Translations under genes and position numbers: made by a program | Notes under the pieces: model-generated | Told to the model about the DNA's origin: nothing | The model's input: only the letters and a program-made list of their open reading frames with translations | Database searches by the model: none | Part shown: in pieces, positions 39,849 to 47,481 of the stretch | How positions within the stretch are numbered: position 1 is the first letter of the stretch | How the letters are laid out: every line of letters starts with the position of its first letter | IMG/VR virus record: IMGVR_UViG_3300036945_000847 | Location: 5,486-69,485 of that record | From: a virus | Strand: one strand, 5' to 3' | Length of the DNA: 64,000 bases

Positions 39849-40003
39849 AGTAAGATGGCGGAAAGATTACGGTGCCGGGATAAAAACTGGGACCTTGATA
39901 ATCGTGGTAGACGCTAGTGTGGAAATTGGAATTGCGGTGTGGAAGCCGTAGTTCCGCCAAGAAAGCTACATGACCATTATGGGTTCGAGTCCCATTCTAA
40001 CTA
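39849..40003 (+). ncRNA. tRNA-like RNA 2 (155 nt; hairpin inserted in D loop plus extended anticodon arm)
   Basis: Acceptor AGTAAGA/TCTAACT-A (one mismatch), GCG..GTGGTAGA-CGC, T arm ATGGG-TTCGAGT-CCCAT. Confidence 0.7.
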
Positions 40004-40008
40004 CAAAT

Positions 40009-40081
40009 AGTCAGGTGGCGCAATGGTGACGTTACGGAATCGCTCTCCGTGTTGATGTAGGTTCGAATCCTACCCTGACTA
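40009..40081 (+). tRNA. canonical-size tRNA-like RNA 3; nominal anticodon CGC (Ala) but atypical, identity undetermined
   Basis: 73-nt cloverleaf: AGTCAGG/CCTGACT, ACGGA-ATCGCTC-TCCGT, GTAGG-TTCGAAT-CCTAC; A32, U37, no G3-U70. Confidence 0.65.
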
Positions 40082-40087
40082 CAAAAT

Positions 40088-40195
40088 AACAGAGTGGCGG
40101 AATTGGTAACGCACATACAACGAGAGTTCTGCAAACTCGCCCGTAAAGTAAGTTGTATGGTGGTATAAATACAGGTTCGAGTCCTGTCTCTGTTA
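40088..40195 (+). ncRNA. tRNA-like RNA 4 (108 nt; extended anticodon arm)
   Basis: Acceptor AACAGAG/CTCTGTT-A, GCG-GAATTGGTAA-CGC, CATACAAC/GTTGTATG stem, ACAGG-TTCGAGT-CCTGT. Confidence 0.75.
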
Positions 40196-40196
40196 C

Positions 40197-40303
40197 AACA
40201 ACTGGAGTCATAAACAAAAACACTTGTGGTAATTGGGTAAGTTGCATGACCGTACAGACCTTAGAAGCAACTTGTTGTGTGAGTGACACAAACTCCAGTT
40301 GTT
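40197..40303 (+). ncRNA. rod-shaped structured RNA between tRNA-like elements
   Basis: 12-bp perfect closing stem AACAACTGGAGT/ACTCCAGTTGTT, inner AAGTTGC/GCAACTT. Confidence 0.55.
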
Positions 40304-40411
40304 TAAGCCAAGTGTCGTATATCCGAAGCGGGGTTACCCCAGAGATGGGCCTCCGAAATATGTGAAATTCATAGACTTAGGAACTGAGGGTTCGAATCCC
40401 CCCTTGGCTTA
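40304..40411 (+). ncRNA. tRNA-like RNA 5 (~106 nt; acceptor and T arm around several mini-hairpins)
   Basis: TAAGCCAAG/CTTGGCTTA stem, GAGGG-TTCGAAT-CCCCC T arm. Confidence 0.6.
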
Positions 40412-40416
40412 CAAAT

Positions 40417-40446
40417 AAAAAAGGGCTGCCTTTCAGCAACCCCTTA
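40417..40446. terminator. terminator between convergent ncRNA operon and 40466..40792
   Basis: AAAAAAGGGCTGC..GCAACCCCTT imperfect hairpin. Confidence 0.55.
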
Positions 40447-40465
40447 AGTTAATTTAGAATGGGTC

Positions 40466-40792
40466 TCAGCTCCAAGGTAGAGGAGTAATCTCCGGTGATG
40501 TAGGAGGATTCTTTTGACTTTCAATTTGTCCGTCAATAGTAGAAGTAATAGAGATAACGCCATTTTCTCCTAATTCAGATTGAATCCAAGAAAGGACTAC
40601 TTCCTCTGTTAAGGAATCAAAAGGAATTACTGTTTGACCTTCTATAAAGGAGAAGGAGATCATAGAACTCATCTCACTAGAGTAAGTGCCATCGTTTCCC
40701 GATACCTTGTAGCCTGCGTTCACTACGAATCCTTGTTCTGGAGTACTCACTGTATAGAGTGAGGTAACTTCCCATTTATATATTGTTTCCAT
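40466..40792 (-). CDS. fibre-associated small protein
   Basis: YKW.V.., IPFDSLTEEVVLSWIQ, C-terminal LPW; pattern seen after fibre genes. Confidence 0.6.
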   Translation of the reverse strand: METIYKWEVTSLYTVSTPEQGFVVNAGYKVSGNDGTYSSEMSSMISFSFIEGQTVIPFDSLTEEVVLSWIQSELGENGVISITSTIDGQIESQKNPPTSPEITPLPWS

Positions 40793-42756
40793 TATGCTAG
40801 TAAGATTTTTTGTGCTACTCCATTAATTATTACACTCCAAGTTTTTGTTTGTACAGCAGTTTCTGTTGTTACTGCACCTGCGTTGTAGCCAGTACTACCA
40901 ACTACAAATTGATTTGAAGCGGTTGCAGTAGCGTCTCTTCCAAGAATAATTGAAGCACTGAAGTTTCCTGATTGAGTAGTATGACCTATTGCTGTATTAC
41001 TACTACCTGTTGTATTGTTTTGCAAAGCAGCATTTCCAATTGCCGTATTACTATTACCTGTTGTAGTTGACACTAGTGCAGAACTACCAATTGCAGTATT
41101 ATTTGCACCTGTTGTGTTTGCGGCAAGTGCAGAATTTCCCAAAGCAGTATTATTATTTCCTGTACTCAATCTTAACGCTTGATACCCGATAGCTGTGATA
41201 CCTGTTCCGCTTGTATTGGTAAACGCTGCTTCGTGACCTACTGCAATGTTGGTTCCTGCGGTGTTATTATATAAAGCATTTTGTCCTATAGCCAAGTTGT
41301 TACTACCTGATACATTTGATCCTAACGCTTGTAATCCTATTGCAGTATTACTTGCTCCTGTAGTATTTGAAAACATAGTACTCTGACCAATTGCTGTATT
41401 GTTGTTACCTGTTGAATTTAATAATAAAGCAGAACTACCAATTGCAGTATTATTTGCTGCCGTTGTATTTGCCGCAAGTGCAGAATTTCCCAAAGCAGTA
41501 TTATTATTTCCTGTACTCAATCTCAAAGCCTGATATCCTACAGCAGTTATGTTTATTCCAGTACTATTCGTTGTAGCCGCCTCAAATCCTACTGCTGTGT
41601 TGTTGGATGCGGTGTTTGAGTTCAGTGCGCTACGACCTACTGCTACGTTGTTACTTCCTGATGTATTATCAATTAAAGAAGCATTTCCTATTGATGTATT
41701 ATTAGCACCTGTCGTGTTAGCTAGTAAAGAATTTCTGCCTAATGCAGTATTGCCTCCTCCTGTTGTGTTAGCTGTTAAACAGGCATAACCTACAGCTGTA
41801 TTGTCACTTCCTGTTGAACTACGTAACGCTTGATATCCTACAGCAGTTATGTTTATTCCACTCGTATTACTAAAACCTGCCTCAAAACCTACTGCGGTGT
41901 TGTCGGATGCGGTGTTTGACGCCAAAGCACTTCTACCAACAGCCGTATTGCTACTACCCGTTACGTTGGCCGATAAAGAAGTTCCGCCAATGGCTGTGTT
42001 ACCAGAGCCTACTGTATTAAGAAATAAAGAAAAAGATCCTAAAGCGGAATTATTACCACCAGTAGTATTTGATGGCAAAGTAGATGTACCAACCGCAGTA
42101 TTATTTGTGCCCGTATTTAATTTCAACGCTTGATAACCGATAGCCGTGATTCCTGCTCCACTCGTATTAGTAAACGCTGACTCAAAACCTACTGCGGTGT
42201 TGTTGGAGGCGGTGTTGTTTTGTAACGCATTCGAACCAACCGCTACGATACTATTACCCGTAGTATTATTGCGGAGGCTTCTAAATCCATTTGCTACATT
42301 GTTCTGTCCACTCGTATTACTAAACCCTGCCTCAAAACCTACTGCTGTGTTATTGTTGGCGGTGGTGGAGTTTAATGCAGTATAACCTACTGCGGTGTTG
42401 TTATTACCCGTTACGTTGCTTAATAACGCATTTAAACCAATGGCTGTATTACTTGCTCCAGTTGTGTTTGCTTCCAGAGCACTATCGCCAAAGGCAGTAT
42501 TTGAGGCTATGTTTCCGCCACCCCTACTTGTAATTGATGTTGTCGATAAGAAGATAGAACTTAAATTCCCGTCCCTATCTTGTACTTGTTGTAAAATAGA
42601 ATCCAGAGGAAGAGGAACCATAAGAGTGCCATTGGGTGTTATTTGACTAGGACGAATAACTCCTACAACACCAGCCTTCTTACTGAAGACTTCTATTAGA
42701 TCTGTATCTAGACTGAAATTGTCTAAGGATAAGTTTAATCTACTACCATATGTCAT
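40792..42756 (-). CDS. beta-roll repeat (trimeric-adhesin-like) fibre/spike protein
   Basis: Dozens of ~13-14-aa NTA(V/I)G..AL..NTTG repeats. Confidence 0.75.
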   Translation of the reverse strand: MTYGSRLNLSLDNFSLDTDLIEVFSKKAGVVGVIRPSQITPNGTLMVPLPLDSILQQVQDRDGNLSSIFLSTTSITSRGGGNIASNTAFGDSALEANTTGASNTAIGLNALLSNVTGNNNTAVGYTALNSTTANNNTAVGFEAGFSNTSGQNNVANGFRSLRNNTTGNSIVAVGSNALQNNTASNNTAVGFESAFTNTSGAGITAIGYQALKLNTGTNNTAVGTSTLPSNTTGGNNSALGSFSLFLNTVGSGNTAIGGTSLSANVTGSSNTAVGRSALASNTASDNTAVGFEAGFSNTSGINITAVGYQALRSSTGSDNTAVGYACLTANTTGGGNTALGRNSLLANTTGANNTSIGNASLIDNTSGSNNVAVGRSALNSNTASNNTAVGFEAATTNSTGINITAVGYQALRLSTGNNNTALGNSALAANTTAANNTAIGSSALLLNSTGNNNTAIGQSTMFSNTTGASNTAIGLQALGSNVSGSNNLAIGQNALYNNTAGTNIAVGHEAAFTNTSGTGITAIGYQALRLSTGNNNTALGNSALAANTTGANNTAIGSSALVSTTTGNSNTAIGNAALQNNTTGSSNTAIGHTTQSGNFSASIILGRDATATASNQFVVGSTGYNAGAVTTETAVQTKTWSVIINGVAQKILLA

Positions 42757-43022
42757 AGAACAAAGTTAACGAAAATACGTCAAATGTCAAAATGCGCCTA
42801 CTTTTCATAAGATGCGCCCATTATTCTCAGAACAACTAAAGTTCAACTAAAGTACAACTGATAAATGCCAGTAAATAGAAAAAGTGGCAAATATTTGTGG
42901 AACAAGCTGCTGCATAATTATAGTTTTCTTTAGTTGGTCTGCCAAAATGCCGTGTTGAGACCCAAAACACTAGAGTGCATGGCAAAAATGGAAAAATTCA
43001 TGCAACAACTGCTGCACGAATG

Positions 43023-43090
43023 TACCGCTCGGTAAAAAATATACCCCCTGGTATAATACTCCTTGGTATAATACCGCTCGGTAAAAAATA
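43023..43090. repeat. four TAC(C/T)nnnnGGTA 12-bp quasi-palindromes, including a 19-bp direct repeat
   Basis: 43023-34, 43042-53, 43057-68, 43072-83; TACCGCTCGGTAAAAAATA at 43023 and 43072. Confidence 0.8.
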
Positions 43091-43604
43091 GCCCCCCCCT
43101 AGTATATTCAGCATAGTTTGTGCGAGTGGTGGTGGTAATGTAACGTTACGGATCGATGAGGTGGCGAAAAAAAACAGTCCCCCCTATCTCAATGGCATTC
43201 TGCGATTTTTAATGGCATCCCGCATTCGCTCGGCCTTGATTGATATCAGAGCGCAAAACAAATCGGGAATTGCATACACGTTCGGTCATATGTATATGCA
43301 AACAATAAACCCATCAGCGCATCGCAACAAATAAACAATAACAAATCGCCATATGTATATGCATTGTGTATGTCTGTGCATTGTGTATGTGCATCAGATG
43401 AAAGTAAGCATCCATCTCACCCAAATCCATCCATCCAATCGCCACATCATTTGCATCGATTTTTGCCCATATACATCCATCCATATCTCGTGAATCACTT
43501 TTTTTCAAATTTTTTTTTCTGCTCTCAAATCCAGTATTTGCAAGGGTTGACGTAAAAGCTCCATCATTTTCTCACCCCTTTTTCAAAACTTTTTTCACAA
43601 AATG

Positions 43605-43637
43605 TTTGGTGGTCTGAAAACTATCCACTTATCTTTG
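43605..43637 (+). promoter_or_regulatory. early promoter
   Basis: TTTG (43605-08), 21 nt, TATCTTTG (43630-37). Confidence 0.7.
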
Positions 43638-43677
43638 CCATCGTTAATCACAACATAATCACTAAACAAACCACAAT

Positions 43678-43983
43678 ATGAACACACAAATCTCTACCTT
43701 CTTTTGGAATGCAAATGCGGACAATTGCATCGCCATCCTTAACTATGAATTTCAATCAGTATGTGAGGTCGTGAATGATTCTTACGGAAACGATGAATCA
43801 CCATCTTGCACATTCACTATCGATGGCATCACCTATAAGTTATTCTTTCCATCTGACTACCGAGGAGACTATTCGAACTTTGCTCTATTCAATTCTACAG
43901 ATTATACAGATGAACAACATATAGGTGAGTATACTACCATAGGGGATGTGCTTGACTATTTCAAATCTATCAATGTAATCTGA
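43678..43983 (+). CDS. early hypothetical protein (acidic)
   Basis: First ORF after the early promoter; A/C-rich leader. Confidence 0.6.
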   Translation: MNTQISTFFWNANADNCIAILNYEFQSVCEVVNDSYGNDESPSCTFTIDGITYKLFFPSDYRGDYSNFALFNSTDYTDEQHIGEYTTIGDVLDYFKSINVI

Positions 43984-44009
43984 GACCCAAACCAAACACT
44001 CATAAAACT

Positions 44010-44321
44010 ATGAACTACAAAGTTGAACTCAAAAACGGAATGACCTTTGTCTGCAATCAAATCTCTGATGCATTGTATGACCGAAAGTATGCCATCACCA
44101 TTGACGATGTTGTTACCTTTATCGCTGTATCAGATGTTCAGTGGATAGACCCGACATTCGAATCGCCCGAAGTAATCATCGAAAGAAACCAAGCCAATCG
44201 CACAGCATCAATTGTTGCAGTATGGAATGACAAAATGTTGGTGAGATATCAGATGCCGAAAGGCAAGGTATTTCACAACTACCTCTACCCAAACAACACA
44301 TACAAATCAGTTAAATTTTAA
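44010..44321 (+). CDS. early hypothetical protein
   Basis: 103 aa, AAAACT-ATG initiation context. Confidence 0.6.
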   Translation: MNYKVELKNGMTFVCNQISDALYDRKYAITIDDVVTFIAVSDVQWIDPTFESPEVIIERNQANRTASIVAVWNDKMLVRYQMPKGKVFHNYLYPNNTYKSVKF

Positions 44322-44344
44322 ACCATCTAAACCCAAATAAGACT

Positions 44345-44506
44345 ATGAAATCTCAAATCTATTTCTTTTTCGTCCTTGCAATTTTATCTATGTGCAACTT
44401 TGCCTATGCAGTATTCACTATGGATGTCTATGGAGCATTGTTGTCTCTTGTCCTTTGTGTATTCTCTCTCTACATTGTTTTACAATCTGAGACCCAAACC
44501 AAATAA
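44345..44506 (+). CDS. 53-aa membrane protein
   Basis: Hand translation MKSQIYFFFVLAILSMCNFAYAVF..; two hydrophobic stretches. Confidence 0.5.
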   Translation: MKSQIYFFFVLAILSMCNFAYAVFTMDVYGALLSLVLCVFSLYIVLQSETQTK

Positions 44507-44615
44507 CAACAACTCTCACAGACATGGAATTTGCCATCGCTTTCGGAATGCTATCTTTTATTGTCCTCATCGGATTGGGGATTGTTGATCACCTTTTAAG
44601 AAAACATATTGAGAA

Positions 44616-44828
44616 ATGAAGACCTTCGAAATTCTATCAGATAACAAAATCACCACCATCCAATGTCACGATACATTGGATGCAATAACCCGATGCAAGA
44701 ACGTCTCAAAAATCAGAGAGGTCTACCCCTGGACAGATGGTACAGCAAGATTTATCTTGGGTGAATCTGAATGGATGGATTTTGAAGAGTTTAAAATTGC
44801 CTTTTTTGAATACCAACACGAAATGTAA
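44616..44828 (+). CDS. early hypothetical protein
   Basis: 70-aa ORF in early operon. Confidence 0.55.
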   Translation: MKTFEILSDNKITTIQCHDTLDAITRCKNVSKIREVYPWTDGTARFILGESEWMDFEEFKIAFFEYQHEM

Positions 44829-44838
44829 AAAAACAGAA

Positions 44839-45555
44839 ATGAAAAAATTAATCTTTACCCAAAACGACATACTCACCGTAATTACATTCGGTAAGACTAC
44901 CAACAAAAAGATTGCAGAATCTGATGAGAAAATTGTGCAAACATCTCACTACAGCAGAGAGCAGTTCGAAATCGCCCAAAGACAGACATCGATGAAAGAA
45001 TTCTTTTCTGCTGATGGCAAGGTCTGTATGGATTGTCCATTTGCAGTAAGTAATGGCGCAAAACTTTCTGCTTGCTACACTCACAAAATGATGCAATACA
45101 GCGGATTCCTATCCTCGCTCCGTTCAATCGGTAAGACCTACACATCATTCGATGACATCCCAAAATTGTCTCCATTGGATTATGACAAAATTGTGTTACT
45201 ATGTCAAAATCTTTATGTGAGATTCGGCACATATGGTGAGCCATCACTTTTACCTCTCGAGTTGGTGGAGCGCATCTGTAATGTAGCAAAATCTTGGACG
45301 GGATATACCCACCAATGGAAAAAGAAACCCGAATTCGCTCCTTTCTTTATGGCATCTACCCATACTGAAGATGAAGAGCGCATTGCAACACTCATCGGTT
45401 ATCGATCCTTTGTTGCATCGCCATCGCCAATTGCAAAATTCATTTCTTGCCCAGCATCCTCTGAGATGGGATTCAAATCGAACTGCTCGAAATGTGGTTT
45501 GTGTTCCGGGACAAAAGGAAAAGGTACAAAATCAGTAATCATTTTAGAACATTAA
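44839..45555 (+). CDS. Cys-rich Gp88-like / radical-SAM-related Fe-S protein
   Basis: CMDCP....CY, VRFGTYGEP, WTGYTHQW, FMAS, CPAS..CSKCGLC; start at MKKLIF. Confidence 0.55.
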   Translation: MKKLIFTQNDILTVITFGKTTNKKIAESDEKIVQTSHYSREQFEIAQRQTSMKEFFSADGKVCMDCPFAVSNGAKLSACYTHKMMQYSGFLSSLRSIGKTYTSFDDIPKLSPLDYDKIVLLCQNLYVRFGTYGEPSLLPLELVERICNVAKSWTGYTHQWKKKPEFAPFFMASTHTEDEERIATLIGYRSFVASPSPIAKFISCPASSEMGFKSNCSKCGLCSGTKGKGTKSVIILEH

Positions 45556-45559
45556 AACT

Positions 45560-45781
45560 ATGAACTTTTTAAAATTAACAGAATTAAACCTTACTATTCA
45601 AGGCAATGTTGTAGAAAAAACAATCTATGTCAACGCTCATCACATCAAAAAATTTTACGAAGCATATCAAGAAAACTTCAAGATGGATTTGACAAGAATA
45701 CATTGGGCATTGGGCGGATTTAACGCAACCCTTGTAAAAGAAACACCTGAAGAAATCAATCACCAATTAATCGCTTGCTAA
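45560..45781 (+). CDS. small hypothetical protein (FlbD-like pattern)
   Basis: FLKLT..IYVN..HI..VKETPEEI. Confidence 0.5.
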   Translation: MNFLKLTELNLTIQGNVVEKTIYVNAHHIKKFYEAYQENFKMDLTRIHWALGGFNATLVKETPEEINHQLIAC

Positions 45782-45793
45782 ACAAAAAAAACT

Positions 45794-46453
45794 ATGAAAA
45801 AACTAAATGTATTAATCGCTTGTGAATTCAGTGGAACAGTTCGAAATGCTTTCCGTAAACTTGGACATAACGCATTCTCTTGCGACATCGAACCATCAGA
45901 TGACAATTCACCTTATCACTACCAATGCGATGTGCGTAATGTGATCAATGCATACGAATGGGATTTGTTAATCGCTCACCCACCTTGCACATATCTGACC
46001 TTGGCGGGCAACAGATGGTTCAAACCGGAATTCAAAGATAAATTCCCTACAAGAGAGCAAGACAGACAAGATGCCTATGATTTCTTTATGGAGATGTATA
46101 ATGCGCCTATCCCACATATATGTGTTGAGAATCCCATTGGAGTTATGTCCTCTCTATTCCGCAAGCCCGATCAAATCATTCAACCTTGGCAGTTCGGAGA
46201 CCCATTCCAAAAAAGTACTTGCCTATGGACAAAAAATCTTCCAACTCTCACCCATACCAATGTAGTTGACAAAGGTGAATTTTTTGAATGGACAGATAAA
46301 AAAACGGGCAAAGTAAAACGCCAAGCACAATGGTATATGGATGCGCTCAAAGGCAAATCTGCTTACGAAAGACAGAAGATTCGCAACAAAACTTTTCAAG
46401 GTATTGCCGATGCGATCGCAGACCAGTATTCGAACTACATAATAAATTTGTAA
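45794..46453 (+). CDS. phage C5-cytosine methyltransferase-like protein
   Basis: VLIACEFSG, SCDI, DLLIAHPPCT, VENP, K.TCLW, R.KTF.GIA.A.A.Q. Confidence 0.75.
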   Translation: MKKLNVLIACEFSGTVRNAFRKLGHNAFSCDIEPSDDNSPYHYQCDVRNVINAYEWDLLIAHPPCTYLTLAGNRWFKPEFKDKFPTREQDRQDAYDFFMEMYNAPIPHICVENPIGVMSSLFRKPDQIIQPWQFGDPFQKSTCLWTKNLPTLTHTNVVDKGEFFEWTDKKTGKVKRQAQWYMDALKGKSAYERQKIRNKTFQGIADAIADQYSNYIINL

Positions 46454-46520
46454 AAAAAGATAAAAAATAGTAAATAAACACAACTTAATCACTATATTTG
46501 CATACCCAATAAACAAGACT

Positions 46521-46775
46521 ATGAACAAGAAACAAGCAATCGAAATTATCAAAAGTAACAAATTCTTTTCTGCCGAATTCCTCAAAAAGGATGGCACAAT
46601 CAGATACATCACTGCTCGAGCTGGTGTAAAGAAAGGTCTGAAACCCGATGCTCGACCCAAAAGTTATGACCCAAGTGAATTAGGTTATGCGACCGTTTGG
46701 GATTTGAAAGAAAAGAACTATCGCCTAATCAATTTGCAAACACTCACCAAAGTAAACCAACAGAAAGTTAAATAA
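46521..46775 (+). CDS. WYL/SH3-like small protein
   Basis: FFSAEFLKKDGTIR..VWDLKEKNYR.INL; TATATTTG box at 46493-46500. Confidence 0.6.
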   Translation: MNKKQAIEIIKSNKFFSAEFLKKDGTIRYITARAGVKKGLKPDARPKSYDPSELGYATVWDLKEKNYRLINLQTLTKVNQQKVK

Positions 46776-46783
46776 ATAGAACC

Positions 46784-47479
46784 ATGCCAAATCACGTTTA
46801 TTATCAATTCATCTGTGCTGAGTTAAGCGCAGAACAATTAGAAAAATTAGATACAATCTCTACAACCCTAAACGGATTCTGTGGTTACTATCGCCCGATG
46901 CCCGATGACATCCGTAAGACCACATCACCTACTCGTGTTGTGACTCAGAAGGAATACGATAAGCAGATGAAGGAGAATGAGAAAATCGATCGGACTCAGG
47001 AGTGGTATCACGAGCCATTCCCCATCACCAAAAAAATGCAGAAAGCATTACTTGAAAAGTATGGTGTGGACAATTGGTATGACTGGACCTACGAGAATTG
47101 GGGTACAAAGTGGGGATGTTACGATCACGAAAGAGACGGCAACAATCTTCATTTCTCTACTGCTTGGGGATTATTCGATGCATCTATATTGGAGCAGATC
47201 GCAATTGATTTCCCATCGTTTATCTTATCCTATGAAGAAGAGCAAGGATGGGGTGGTGAGTTTATATATGAGAATGGTATCTGCACCGGCCATAGCGAAT
47301 ATGATATACCATCTTGGTCTGAGTCTTTGGTGGATTCAGAGGACGGTATGATTACAGAATTGCTCACTGAAATATCTGAGACCCATTTCAATGAATTTGT
47401 ACCGGTGGGTTATTACTACGATTGGGATGTTAATTGCCCTGTTCCACAAGATGTATTAAAGAAACACAAACTAAATTAA
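46784..47479 (+). CDS. DUF1281/YubB-like ferredoxin-fold protein
   Basis: MPNH, PMP, NWYDW..ENWGTKWG, FSTAW. Confidence 0.7.
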   Translation: MPNHVYYQFICAELSAEQLEKLDTISTTLNGFCGYYRPMPDDIRKTTSPTRVVTQKEYDKQMKENEKIDRTQEWYHEPFPITKKMQKALLEKYGVDNWYDWTYENWGTKWGCYDHERDGNNLHFSTAWGLFDASILEQIAIDFPSFILSYEEEQGWGGEFIYENGICTGHSEYDIPSWSESLVDSEDGMITELLTEISETHFNEFVPVGYYYDWDVNCPVPQDVLKKHKLN

Positions 47480-47481
47480 TT

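Larger units (their letters stand above)
42757..43677. other. ~0.9-kb non-coding divergence region (candidate origin or genome-end region)
   Basis: No credible ORF; divergent promoters; short repeats; change in gene polarity. Confidence 0.5.

Noticed and set aside
39665-40195. Ordinary tRNAs containing group I or archaeal-type introns
   Set aside because: The inserts (about 30-70 nt) are too short for group I introns, no bulge-helix-bulge was seen, and I found no excision that restores a canonical anticodon arm.
40032-40365. ORFs 40032..40289 (-) and 40153..40365 (+)
   Set aside because: They overlap the structured RNA array and contain the GFEP/GLEP peptides typical of translated tRNA T arms.
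40792-42756. CRISPR array or diversity-generating retroelement repeats
   Set aside because: The repeats are in-frame protein repeats without unique spacers; no cas gene, reverse transcriptase or adenine-specific TR/VR pair was seen in the window.
43314-43555. Short ORFs in the divergence region
   Set aside because: They are translations of low-complexity CATC/ATGC repeats, with no coding-like composition.
6149-47385. CTGAGAC motif as sequencing-adapter contamination
   Set aside because: It resembles the start of a 454 adapter, but copies sit in frame within intact conserved genes and the following bases do not continue the adapter.
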